Positions 14,715 to 26,712 of a stretch of DNA of 64,000 nucleotides are shown here, one piece after another. The stretch covers positions 39,246,001 to 39,310,000 of the forward strand of contig NC_086102.1 in assembly GCF_963921235.1 (NCBI RefSeq), in the 5' to 3' direction. Position numbers and translations under genes: made by a program. Under the pieces are notes generated by a model that saw only the letters and a program-made list of their open reading frames with translations, made no database searches and was not told where the DNA came from. Source of the DNA: Mobula hypostoma (lineage: Eukaryota). How positions within the stretch are numbered: position 1 is the stretch's first letter; each line of letters opens with the position of its first letter.

Positions 14715-15164
14715 TTTAATACAGAAAAGTTGACAGGCATTACACAAAACAGCTTAAATACATACAAATATGTAAAACTAAACAATGCTTAACAATATTT
14801 TCGAAGAAAATTATGTATCTCCAAATTGGTCAGGACTGCATTCTGGAGTGCTTGCTTGGTTTGTAATGAATGGACTGTTTTTTTTAAAAAAAATAGTGTG
14901 TTTTAACTTCATTTAGAAATCTGCTTATAACTTCTCTTTGGTCCAAATATGCTAATATTATGATGATCATGGTCTGATTACTTCAACAATGATTGTTAGA
15001 CACAGAGGACCTGGTTTACAAAAGCAACTAGAATAGCAAATGCCTTTTACTGGCATTAAGGTAAGTGATAACAGCAATGGTTACCATTTACTTTTTAATT
15101 GCTAAAGTACAAACTATTTAAAAACAAAATTTGATTTGGTGTATTTTTATCCTTGATGATCATT

Positions 15165-15330
15165 ATAATCATAGAATGTGACAACATACAAAGAAACCAA
15201 ACGGGCCAGGTTCTGAAACGTCTTGCTGCATTCCACCAGAAGTATTTATTTCTTGTCAATGTTGAATTAATTTAATTTCCACCATCATTTCAAGCAATGC
15301 ACTCCAGATCATAGCAACTTGTTTAAATGT
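15165..15330 (-). mobile_element. Very old CR1-clade LINE 3'-end remnant
   Basis: Begins with an atcatagaat tail-like motif; ttccaccatcatttcaagcaatgcactccagatcatagcaac resembles the minus-strand CR1 3' ends elsewhere in the window. Confidence 0.35.
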
Positions 15331-16413
15331 GGACACACAAGCAAACAAGCCATTCTGTTTTCTTTTACTCCTGTATATATACTGTACTTGTATTGAATGC
15401 ATAGATAACAACTGTACAAAATTTGCCCATAGATCCAGGATTAGTAGAAAATATTGACATAATACAAAGGCACATAAATAATCTAAATTTTAAAAGGACT
15501 TAGATTATAATGAATTAATGCCTTTCTAATCACCCTTTGTTATTTTAAATAAATACATTTATCAAGAGTGATTGTTACTTTAAGCCTAATTCACACACAA
15601 AATGCTATATAAAAGTGGGAATTAAAATAGACTTTTAATCTTGGTGGAAACTTAATGATCAGCATTGAAGTAACTTCTGCCCAGCACCAAATAATGGTGA
15701 TCTATTATATACTCCTGGGATTTAAAGGTGTAAATCAATCAATAGTTTCACCCCCCTCCCCCACCATTTTACTTCTTACAATAGAAAGTTAACTAAAATT
15801 GATTTCTGCTTGGTAAAACTATCTTTTAACATGCAGCAGTTTGCTTAAAAACTTTTTGTAGTATTACTGAAACTCATGCAATTCTACAGAGATAAATGAT
15901 TCCCCTTGTTCATTAGAAAAATGTTTAACTATAAAAAATGCCTCTTTGCAATATTATTTACATGATTCCTTGTCCACATAATTGCCTTTTAAAACTCAAT
16001 TTTTTTAAAATGCCCTAATTCAATTTCTATGCACACTATTTCCATTTTGAAGCTACTTACTAAATGCCTTATTGCCCACTTAGATGTAATATATTCTTAT
16101 CTACAGCTTAACATTTCATTTTGATTTAATAAAAAATGACTCTTAAACATTAAGTAACCTACATTTCTCAAATCAACTGCAGATTAAATCAAACTGGATG
16201 GTATTCTTTAAAGGCTAGTAAACAGAAGTTGGCACCATTTCAGTCGAACAGTTTCACATATTTCAATAATGCATATTCATAAGAGTTTAAATATTTGGAA
16301 GTAAATATTGCTGGGAACAATTTTCAATTTAGCATTATCGTTTATGTTGATGAAATTGAGTTAATCCTGAAAGGTTATCACTGGGTTGTCTTGATCTTAT
16401 CAGTTCCAGATTC

Positions 16414-16497
16414 TCAGCGACGAGGAGGTGGAGGCACGGCTGATAATGGCTGCATTTGCAGTTGATCGTATGGGTCTTGTGTTGCTGAAGTCAGTCC
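16414..16497 (-). CDS. CD247: CD247 exon 8, coding part of last exon
   Basis: Acceptor tactttgcag; GLTSATQDPYDQLQMQPLSAVPPPPRR* versus human [21 protein letters not shown]. Completes ITAM3, YQGL-x7-YDQL; TGA at 16416-16414. Confidence 0.95.
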   Translation of the reverse strand, partial: GLTSATQDPYDQLQMQPLSAVPPPPRR

Positions 16498-17051
16498 CTG
16501 CAAAGTAATTCCACTGAAATTATTATCTTATCATGAACATCACAAGGAAGTATTCTACTCCATTTTTCCTTGGAGATGCACTGCAAATCGTCTGGGAAAC
16601 CATTTTGTAAAATATACGTCATAAAACCCTGATTTCCTACCAGCTAGTCTCTGGTGCAATTTTCCTTCTAAAACTGCAGAATAACAAATTAATTAAAGAT
16701 GTTTGTATTTTTAACTATTCTTCATATAAATGGGGAGATATGAAGAGGTCAAGTGTTCCCACCAACCAGTCACGTAAGAAAATATCTAGTTTTACCAAAA
16801 TTTGTGTGTGATGCGTTCAGCAGTTATTGTTTAGAAATAATAATATGCCTATAAAACAACTTAGAGGTTTTTATAACATTAAAGAACATTTAATATTGCT
16901 TTATAAGACATTAATATATGTGATGTAAAAATCTGTTTGAAGAAAAGAGATTAAATAATTTGAAAGATGGGTTGAAGTTGAAGAACATTTAGAGGGAGAT
17001 AGGATGGTTTTGAAAATGGATTATGTTAAAATTGAAGCCAAACTATACACA

Positions 17052-17182
17052 GAGTCATAGAAAGGTACAGTACAGAAACAAGCCCTTTGGCCCATCTAGT
17101 TTGTGCTGAGCCATTTAAACTGCCTACTCCCATTTTACTGCACTGGCACCATAGCTCTCCATACCCCTAACATCCATGTACC
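17052..17182 (-). mobile_element. CR1-clade LINE short 3' fragment in CD247 intron 7
   Basis: gtcatagaaaggtacagtacagaaacaagccctttggcccatc matches the other minus-strand LINE 3' ends (17618, 52776). Confidence 0.6.
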
Positions 17183-17316
17183 ATCCTTTGAAGCACTGAA
17201 TTTATGATCAAGTGTCTGCAAGTGAGGGTACAATTAGCAGTGTTTTGGGTGAGCTTGGGGTTAATATCTGCAGCATGTCACTTTTCCCCACAGAAGACAA
17301 CTCGCTTCTCTCCTAC

Positions 17317-17352
17317 CTGATAAATGTCGTTTCCTCCTTTGCCTCTTCGTTT
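17317..17352 (-). CDS. CD247: CD247 exon 7
   Basis: Acceptor cccaacag, donor CAG|gtagga; 36 nt (same as human exon 7). KRRGKGGNDIYQ versus human RRRGKGHDGLYQ. Confidence 0.94.
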
Positions 17353-17617
17353 CTGTTGGGTGTTAAAATATGCAAATTATTTCTAAAATACACATTAAAT
17401 AGGCGCACATTTCAAGCACAGTGAATTTTGTCAAATTGTTATTCCCCACAGTATCTTGCTTGACATGAATATCTGTCAGTGTGCAACGCAGATATGCTAT
17501 TGTTGAGGACTCAATTCCATCTCTTGCCCTGGAAATGACTTAACAGTTGATTTTTGATCCCTCTGTGCTTTTTCTGCAATTCTAAGTGTTTGGGATTCAT
17601 TTTAGTTTTTTTTAAAG

Positions 17618-19455
17618 GTCACAGGACAAAGAATGCAAGGAAAACATGCCCTTTGGCCCACTTAGTGTGTGCCAAACTATTAATCTGCCTAGTCCCGATG
17701 ACCTGCACCTGGACCATAGCCCTCCATACCCCTCCATCCATGTACCCATCCAAATTTCTCTTAAATGTTGAAATCAAACCCACATTCACCACTTCCATTG
17801 GCAACTCGCTCCATGCACTCATCACCTCTGAGTGGTGCTCCCTCATGTTCTCCTTAAACATTTCATCTTTCACCTTTAACCCATTACTTCTACCTTTAGT
17901 CTCACCAACATCAGTGCAAAAAGCCTGGTTGCATTTACCCTGTCTATACACCTTATAATTTTGTATACCTCTATCAAATATGCCCTCTATGCTGTGGGGA
18001 ATAAAGTACTAACCCTACTCAACCTTTCCCTATAACTCAGATCTTCAAGTCCTGGCAAATTCCAATTGTATTGATATCTTTCCTGTAGATAGGTAACCAG
18101 ACCTGCACACAATATACTTTGATTTATGAAGGCCAATGTAGCAAAAGCCCCATCTACCTGTGATGCTACTTTCAAGGAATGCTGAATCTGTATTCCCAGA
18201 TTATTCTGTTCTACTGCACTCCTCAGTGCCCTATCACTCATTGTGCAAGTCCTGACCTGGTTTGTCCTCACAGAATACAACTTACATTTGTCTGTATTAA
18301 ATTCATTCTGCCATTTATCAGCCCATTTTTTCCAACTGGTCCAGATCCTGCTGCAAGTTTTGATGTGCACTACACCCCCAATTTTGGGGTCATCCACAAA
18401 TTTGCTGATCCAGTTTACCACATTATCACCCAAATGATTGATACAGATGGCAATCAACAACAGACCTAAGCACTGATTCCTGCAGCACACCACTAGTCAC
18501 AGGCCTTCAGTAAGAGTGGCAACATCTACCATTTTGGCTTCCCCTGCGAAGCCAATGTCAAATCCAATTTACTACCTCAACTTGAATGACCAGCAGCTGA
18601 ACCTTCTTGACCAAACTACCCTGCAGGATCTTGTCAAAGCCCTGCTAAAGTCTATGCAGACAACATCCACTGCCTTGCACAAAGGCATGTTGACCATCCC
18701 TAATTTATCCTTGTCTATTGAAATACTTATACTTCTGGTCCATTGGAATACTTTGCAATAGCAAACCCATTGTCGATGTCAAGCTCACTAGATTATAACT
18801 TTCTGGCTTATTCTTAGAGCCTTCCTTAAACAACAAAACAACATTAACTATCCTCCAATCTTCCAGGAACTTACCCATGACTAAGGATAATTTAAATATC
18901 TGCTAGGTCCCCTACAATTTCTACACTAGCCTCTCATTTCTTCACCCTATTTTTTCTCAAGAGAGAAAACACTTCCTCTGTAATCTGTGTATAGTCCATG
19001 ACCTCACTGCTGCTTTGCCTCACATCTATATGCATCTTCTGTTTAAATACAGATGCAAAAATAAGATCTCTATCTCTTCCAGTTCCATGCATAATTGACC
19101 ACTCTGATCTTTCAGAGGACCAATTTTGCCCCTTTCTATCTTTTTGCTCTTAATACTCCTGTCTCCTGGAACAACCTCATTCTTCTTTTAGCCCTCATTT
19201 GCTCCTACATGCCTATATGTGCTGTGCACCTCCTGTTTAACTAGGGACTCAATACCTCTCAAAAGCCAAGGTTCCCCAAACCTGTTATCCTTGCCTTTTA
19301 TTCTGAAAGGAACATACAAACTCTATACTCTCAAAATTTCATTTTGAAGGACTTCCACTTGCCAAGTTCATCTCGACCAGAAACCAAGTTGTCCAGATCC
19401 ATACTTGCCAGATGCTTTCTGATACCATCAAACTTGGTCTTTCTCCAATTTAGTT
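17618..19455 (-). mobile_element. Degenerate CR1-clade LINE (RT region and 3' end)
   Basis: Broken ORFs 17987..18493 and 17619..17951 carry RT motifs (ISKFVDDPKIGG, WADKWQNEFNTDKC, STFKRNLD). Confidence 0.85.
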
Positions 19456-19933
19456 AAATCTGTCCAGGATGTAAATCTCGAGTCTAACCCTTATTCAGGA
19501 ATGGCTGAGATGTTTGCATTTCAGGAAGGCTGTTCTCACTTTAATCTGCCATCTGTCTGAACTGCAAATGCTGAACTTGGCAAGTAACAATGCCAAACTG
19601 CCGGAAATGTCAACTGTACTCTTCCTAGATGCTGCCTGGTCTGCTGAGTTCCTCCAGCATTCTGTGTGTGTTATTGGATTTCCAACATCTGCAGATTTTC
19701 TCTGTTAGTGCCCATCGATTCCTTTCAAACAGGAATTGGGAGGTTTTTGCATTTTTCTGCTGTCTTCTACTGCAAAAAGGCAGTTGCTGAGGCTCTCCGT
19801 TCAAAGAGAACAAACTTCAAGTCTTTCATTAGAGATCTGAAGTACAGATGTGGAAAACTGAAATGAAACTAGAGATGGCTGAAGATAGGTCAGAAAGCTA
19901 TATAGAGGTAAACGGAGTCAATATTTTACATCA

Positions 19934-22900
19934 TATGTCAATGATTTAGATGGTGACTTTGTTGCAAAATTTGCAGACAGTACAAAGATAAATAGACAAT
20001 AGGTGCAGAAGTAGACCATTCGGCCCTTGGAGCCTGCACCGCCATTCTGAGATCATGGCTGATCATCTACTATCAATACCCGGTTCCTGCCTTGTCCCCA
20101 TAACCCTTGATTCCCCTATCCATAAGATACCTATCTAGCTCCTCCTTGAAAGCATCCAGAGAATTGGCCTCCACTGCCTTCTGAGGCAGCGCGATTCCAC
20201 ACCTCCACAACTCTCTGGGAGAAGAAGTTCCTCCTCAACTCTGTCCTAAATGACCTACCCCTTATTCTTAAACCATGCCCTCTGATACTGGACTCTCCCA
20301 GCATCTGGAACATATTTCCTGCCTCTATCTTGTCCAATCCCTTAATAATCTTGTATGTCTCAATCAGATCCCCCCTCAATCTCCTTAATTTCAGCGTGTA
20401 CAAGCCCACTCTCTCTAACCTCTCTGCGTAAGACAGTCCGGACATCAGGAATTAACCTAGTGAACCTACGCTGCACCTCCTCCACAGCCAGGATGTCCTT
20501 CCTTAACCCTGGAGACCAAAACTGCACACAATGCTCCAGGTGTGGTCTCACCAGGGCCCTGTACAAATGCAAAATGATTTCCTTGCTTTTGTTCTCAATT
20601 CCCTTGGTAATAAAGGCCAACATTCCATTAGCCTTCTTCACTGCCTGCTGCACTTGCTCATTCACCTTCAGAGACTGATGAACAAGTACTCCTAGATCTC
20701 TTTGTATTTCTCCCTTACCTAACTCCACACCGTTCAGATAATAATCTGCCTTCCTGTTCTTGCTCCCAAAGTGAATAACCTCAAACTTATTCACATTAAA
20801 CGCCATCTGCCAAGTTTCTGCCCACTCACCCAGCCTATCCAAGTCACCTTGAATTCTCCTAACATCCTCATCACGTCACACTGCAACCCAGCTTAGTATC
20901 ATCAGCAAACTTGCTGATGTTATTCACAATGCCTTCCTCTAAATCATTGAGGTAAATTGTAAACAGCTGTGGACCCAATACCGAGCCCTGTGGCACCCCA
21001 CTAGTCACCGCCTGCCATTCTGAGAAACACCCATTCACTGCTACCCTTTGCTTTCTATATGCCAACCAGTTTTCTATCCATATCAATATCCTCCCCCCAA
21101 CGCCATGAGCTCTGATTTTACCCACTAATCTCCTCTGTGGTACCTTAGCAAATGCCTTCTGAAAGTCAAGGTACACACATCCACTGGATCTCCAGTGTCT
21201 ATCTTCCTGGTTACATCCTCGAAAAACTCCAATAGATTAGTCAAGCATGATTTGCCCTTGGTAAATCCATGCTGGCTCGGCCCAATCCTATCACTGCTAT
21301 CAAGATATGCCACTATTTCATCTTTAATAATGGATACTGGCATCTTCCCCACTACTGATGTTAGGCTAACAGGGCGATAGTTCTCTGTTTTCTCCCTCCC
21401 TCCTTTCTTAAAAAGTGGGATAACATTAGCCATTCGCCAATCCTCAGGAACCGATCCTGCATTTAAGGAACATTGGAAAATGATCACCAATGCATCTGCA
21501 ATTTCCAGAGCCACCTCCTTTAGTACCCTAGGATACAGACCATCTGGACCTGGGGATTTGTTAGCCTTCAGTCCCATCAGTCTACTCATCACCGTTTCCT
21601 TCCTAATGTCAATCTGTTTCAGTTCCTCTGTTACCCTATGGCCTTGGCCCATCCATACATCTGGGAGATTGCTTGTGTCTTCCCTAGTGAAGACAGATCC
21701 AAAGTACTTATTAAATTCATCTGCCATTTCTCTGTTTCCCATAACAATTTCTCCCAATTCATTCTTCAAGGGCCCAACATTGTTCTTAACTATCTTCCTT
21801 CTCTTCACATACCTAAAAAAAAACTTCTGCTATCCCCCTTTATATTCCTAGCTAGCTTGCGTTCATACCTCATTTCTTCTCCCTGTATAGCCTTTTTAGT
21901 TAAGTTCTGTTGCTCCTTAAAAATTTCCCAATCATCCGTCTTCCCACTCACCTTAGCTCTGTTATACTTTTTTAATGCTATGCTATCTCTGACTTCCTTT
22001 GTCAACCACTGTGGCCACTTTCCCCCCTTTGAATCCTTCCTTCTGCGGAGGATGAACTGATTTTTGCACCTTGTGCATTATTCCCAAGAATACCTGCCAT
22101 TGCTGTTCCACTTTTTTTTCTGCTAGGATATCTGACCAGTCAACTTTGGCCAGCTCCTCCCTCATGGCTCTATAGTCTCCTTTGTTCAACTGCAATACTG
22201 ACACTTCTGATCTGCCCTTATCCCTCTCAACTTGCAGATAAAAACTTGTATTATGGTCACTACCTCCTAATGGCTCCTTTACTTCAAGATCACTTATCAA
22301 ATCCTGTTCACTGCATAACACTAAATCCAGAATAGCCTTATTCTTGGTCGGCTCTCGTACAAGCTGCTCCAAAAATGCATCCAGTAGGCACTCTACAAAC
22401 TCCCTATCCTGGGGTCCAGTACCAACCTGATTTTCCCAGTTCACCTGCATGTTGAAATCCCCCATAACTACTGCGACATTTCCTTTGCCACATGCCATCC
22501 CTATTCAACTTGCACCCAATATCCATGCTACTGTTTGGGGGCCTGTAGATAACACCTATTAGGGTCTTTTTGCCCCTACTGTTCCTCAGTTCTATCCACA
22601 CTGACTCTACTTCTCCTGATTCTATGTCCCCCCTTGCAAGGGACTGAATCTCATTCCTCACCAACAGGGCCACCCCACCCCCTCTGCCCACGTTTCTGTC
22701 CCTTCGATAGCACGTATACCCTTGTACATTCAATTCCCAGGTCTGATCCCCCTGCAGCCATGTCTCCGTTATCCCAATAACATCATAGTTACCCATTCGC
22801 ACCTGAGCTTCAAGCTCATCGGCCTTATTTCTGACACTTCTCACATTCAGATATAGAATTTTTAACCCATTTCTCCTCTCTCTGTTTAAATCGCTACCTA

Positions 22901-23854
22901 TTGTGCATAACCCAGCTCCCCGAACTCTCACCGGGCTATAGGCCCCTTGAATTTTGTTGTCCTTCTTAAATTTACTTACTTTTTCTGCACAGATAGGTGG
23001 AGGGGCAGGACATTTTGGGAAAATAGGCTATTGAAGTACTTGCTCACGGTAGGTTAGTGTGATCAGTAAGTTGTAGATATAATAATCCAAAAATAATCGT
23101 CAACGCTCTTGCGTAGAGAATGAATTTTCAGCCAGACTTTCTTGAAATTAATCTTCTTTCCCAATCATAAATTTTAAAATCTCACAAGCAAACATAATAA
23201 ATTTCCTCCAAAGACAGATTTGGAGAATGGGCAAAGAAGTGGCAGATGGAAACAGTGTCGATAAGTGTATGATCATGCACTTTGGTAGAAGAAATTTTCT
23301 AAATGGAGAGAAAATGCAAAAATCTGCGGTGCAAAGGAATTTGGGAGTCCTTGTGCGGGGTTCCCTGAAAGTTAATTTGCAGGCTGAGGCTGTGGTAAGG
23401 AAGGTAAATGCGATGTTGGTATGCATTTCAAGTGGACTAAAATATAAAAGCAAGGATGTAATATTGAGACTTTATAAAGCACTGGTGTGGCTCCACTTGG
23501 ACTATTGTGAGCAGTTTTAGGCCCCTTAGAAAGGATATGCCTAGGTTGGAGAGGGTTCAAGGGGAGTTCACAAAAATGATTCTAAGACCGGAGTTCACAG
23601 CCTCAGAGTTAGAGGGGCATTCTTTTAGAACAGAGATAATGAATTTCTTTAGCAAGGGAGTGGTGAAACTGTGGAATTTGTTTCCACAGGCAGCTGTGGA
23701 GGCCAAGTTTTTATGTATATTTAAGGCAGAGGCTGATTGGTCAGAGCATGAAGGGACAGGTGGAAGGCAGGAGATTGGGGCTGAGAGGAGAAATGGCAGA
23801 GCAAACTCAATGGGCCAAATGGCCTAATTCTGTTGCTATATCTTATGGTCTTAT
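19934..23854 (+). mobile_element. Older plus-strand CR1 3' fragment, split by the family A insertion (pieces 19934-19990, 22991-23041, 23212-23854)
   Basis: ...gcaaaatttgcagacagtacaaagata / ggtggaggggcagg... joins into the same text as the copy at 63940-63980; ORFs 23227..23520 and 23507..23827 are RT C-terminal; tail tcttatggtcttat. Confidence 0.8.
19991..22990 (-). mobile_element. CR1 LINE family A, near-complete ORF2 (APE endonuclease and RT) with frameshifts
   Basis: ORF pieces 22404..22931 (ILYLNVRSVRNKADEL, GITETWL), 21983..22498 (MGDFN, SDHN), 21125..21808 (KSPGPDG, NYRPVSLTS), 20871..21176 ([18 protein letters not shown]), 20360..20842 and 20131..20445; tail TATTGTCTATT. Confidence 0.95.
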
Positions 23855-24688
23855 AATATTTCAAGTCGTCAAAACATTGAACTTTCAATTCACCCTTAGT
23901 AATTTTTTTTTTTGTTCTTCATAGACAAGCGGCCGTGAAGCTTGGTCAGGTACCAAAAGGTAGCTTGTACACTTCCTCTTCTTGCCCTCCCGACTTTTAT
24001 TCTAGCTTCTGCCGCCTTTTCAGTCCTGATGAATGGTCTTGGTCAAAAATATCCACTGTTTGGTTTCTTCATAGGTGCTACCTGACCTACTGGTTATTTT
24101 CAGCATTTCCTGGTTTTATTATATTCCTTCCCTTTTGATAGATATTAGTATGCATGTTATGTGCCAGTTGTCAAGTCTTTTTCTTATTAGAACAAAGAGG
24201 GATTCCATTCCATCCAATTACAGTGAAAGACCAAACTGATCCAGCAACCCATTGGCCTTGAGCTGCCCCGACAAAATATTAGAATGTCAAGGTCCTTGCA
24301 ATTTCTACCCTATGCTATTTAGTTGTACTGGTTACCCATGAGGTTTTTACTTGGGGCATCATTTGACAGTCATGATATTAATAATGGCTGTACGCATGTC
24401 CATGGGAAATGATCTGTATAATATTATAGTCTTGATCAGAGATGGAATATTTATCCACTTGATAGATGGTCCTGATTTATTTTGCCACTCACTAATGTTT
24501 CCTTGGTGGACATAGTTTTCTCAGTTGATACCATATGCAGTCGTTACCACTTACAATTAATCTGCTGCATAGTGACCTAAAGAAATTTCTACATACAGAA
24601 TAAATGAAAATTGGAACTAATGTCTGGATGTGGTGATTTACAAGAAGTTATAATAAACAGCTGATAAATCGAGTCATGTTCACCATAC

Positions 24689-24745
24689 CTGTTGGGTTGG
24701 TTTGAGTTCACCATAAGGTTCACTTCTGTTCTTGGTATTCAGTTT
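24689..24745 (-). CDS. CD247: CD247 exon 6
   Basis: Acceptor tttgtttacag, donor CAG|gtatgg; 57 nt (same as human exon 6), phase 0-0. KLNTKNRSEPYGELKPTQQ completes ITAM2, YSKL-x8-YGEL. Confidence 0.93.
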
Positions 24746-25399
24746 CTGTAAACAAAGTAAAATTTATCTTAATTAAAATATCTGAGTTACAAATGAATTT
24801 ACCTATCAAAGCTGTTCTGTAACCAAACTTCAAGTGAAATGAACAAGAAGCATAAGCGTGTTTGTTCTGCAAAATTTAATCCTTCCTGCTTAGTATTTTT
24901 CTCAAGTGTAATGCTTATAAAAAAAAAAGCAATGCATTCTGATATGCTGATGGACTAAAACCTGGAATCTCATCATATTGATAAATTATAATATTAGAGT
25001 TCATACCATAATAGTTTTCTTAAAAATATGTTTTGTGGTGGGGAGTACAATTGATTAACAAATTCTACCAGTCTCCTAGTAGCTGAAAGCTCTGTAGGGC
25101 AAAAGGAACAGACAAACTCATCTGGTCTCCCTGTAATTCACTCCCTGACGAGTTTTCTTTTTCATCCACAAGAGTCTGACCATCATACAATTGACCACTT
25201 TTTTCCAGTGCAGAAGAGTATCTCCCCAAATTGCTGTGAATACTATCTATCTCAACGCACAATGCACGCGATATTTGCAATATCAAGAAAAAGAGAGCAG
25301 CATCGACAACGAATGTACCCTTTTTAATTCACAAAGGCCTGTGACCTTTTTTATTGACAGTTAAAGTATCCAATTTGGTTGTCCTCAAACCTCAAACAA

Positions 25400-26330
25400 A
25401 ACTATAAGCTCACTAGGGCTCAAGGAAGGTCATATTCTTCACTCGGGCATTTATCATCAATATATCTCACCACAAAACTACACAATACCTCCACAACCAG
25501 CTTCCTCTAAAGTAGAGCTGATCCACAGCACGTGTAGAAACTGTTCAACCTACTTTATCTTCACAGCAAAACCTTGATGACAATGAGCTCAGTCACACAG
25601 TGCAGAACCAAGATGATGCTTGCACATGCATACAATTGGAGAGCAACTCAAAGTACACTTGTGAACTGATGGATCTGCAAAGGTAATAGCCTTCATTCCA
25701 CCCACACTCCACCCCCATATTATTAAGGGTCCAAACCTTGGTAAATATGGACCACTATTTTGCTGTCAAGAATATCTTCTCACTGAGGGCGATAAAAAAT
25801 TTTTCCCCATTGTATTAGCACACAATTTGGCTGTCTGAGGGAAAAGTAATGGAAAATCATGAATGTTTCTGGTCTATCATATAGTAGCGTTTTTTCACGA
25901 ATACCTGTGTAGTTATACTGTCAGGATGAGTGAAGCAACATCCCCAGATTTGAGCTTTAATTACACTCAGCTGGATGTCATTCACCTTTCCTACGCTAGA
26001 GTCCTGAACTAAGCACAGTGAGCTCCATCACAACAACAGATTAGCAGGAGGACAGAAATGCTTCAAGGCCTTGAAAAAATGAAGCACCTATTCTTGGTGA
26101 TCCCTAGTCAATGACTAACCCAAATGAAGAAAAAACAGCCACCATGGTACTGAGAGCCTTGAGACTGAGTCTGGAGCATATGGAAGCCCAGGAAAAACAT
26201 GGGAAGTATTGCACCTTCTCCCTTGTTACCATCACACACCTGCTCCACTATGGATCTCACATTAACTTTATCAGTCATCTCATAACTGGAGTGGAAGAAA
26301 GTTGGCTTTTACACAGAGGAACTACCTAAG
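25400..26330 (+). mobile_element. Degenerate RTE-clade LINE 3' part
   Basis: Remnant motifs read by eye: gcaaacatccccaga (ANIP), ggaggacagaaatgcttcaaggccttgaaa (GGQ-K-FK-LK), and an RTE-like 3' end ...actggagtggaag...ctacctaagaa. Confidence 0.45.
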
Positions 26331-26670
26331 AAAATAATAATTTCCAGATTTTCCAGTCATCACTGGAAAATACTGCAGGCAAGTTTCCCAATTTAGATGT
26401 TCTACCCACATCTGCTGGGGACTTTGTAGCAGGAAATAGATTCTACATTGCAACACATAGTCGAATTCCACATAGCTAGGAATCAGGTGTTTAATCCATC
26501 CCCAGCTGGTGGATTCAGCTGCTACTCAGAAGAAAACAAGTTCATCAACTTTTACTGCACATGATCCACCTGGCACAAACTTGAAGTGACCCCTCCCATC
26601 AAACAATATTAATAGCAAAAGGGTTTTGATTTTAAAACAAAACTAAGGTCAGACGTCATACATTACTTAC

Positions 26671-26712
26671 AGAATAGGTGTCACTAGTAGCTGCAGCATT
26701 ACTTCTTTCATT
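26671..26712 (-). CDS. CD247: CD247 exon 5
   Basis: Acceptor tttttctctcttttag, donor TCT|gtaagt; 42 nt, phase 0-0. NERSNAAATSDTYS supplies the first Tyr of ITAM2. Confidence 0.9.

Noticed and set aside
1-16400. MALAT1-like lncRNA or microRNA cluster as the explanation for the repeat-poor tract
   Set aside because: I saw no triple-helix or mascRNA motif and recognised no conserved mature miRNA; a formal Rfam/miRBase search was not possible.
17370-17377. Octamer ATGCAAAT (also ATTTGCAT near 12033 and 35440)
   Set aside because: Isolated 8-mers are expected by chance in AT-rich DNA; no supporting context.
17212-17424. Plus ORF ending FQAQ*, reminiscent of the POU2F1 end (SKAQ)
   Set aside because: The rest of the ORF is unlike POU2F1 and it is antisense to CD247 exon 7; coincidence.
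25065-25330. Minus ORF with a hydrophobic start (GTFVVDAALFFLILQISRALC...) and a small CpG patch
   Set aside because: No convincing splice sites or homology, and it lies within CD247 intron 5.
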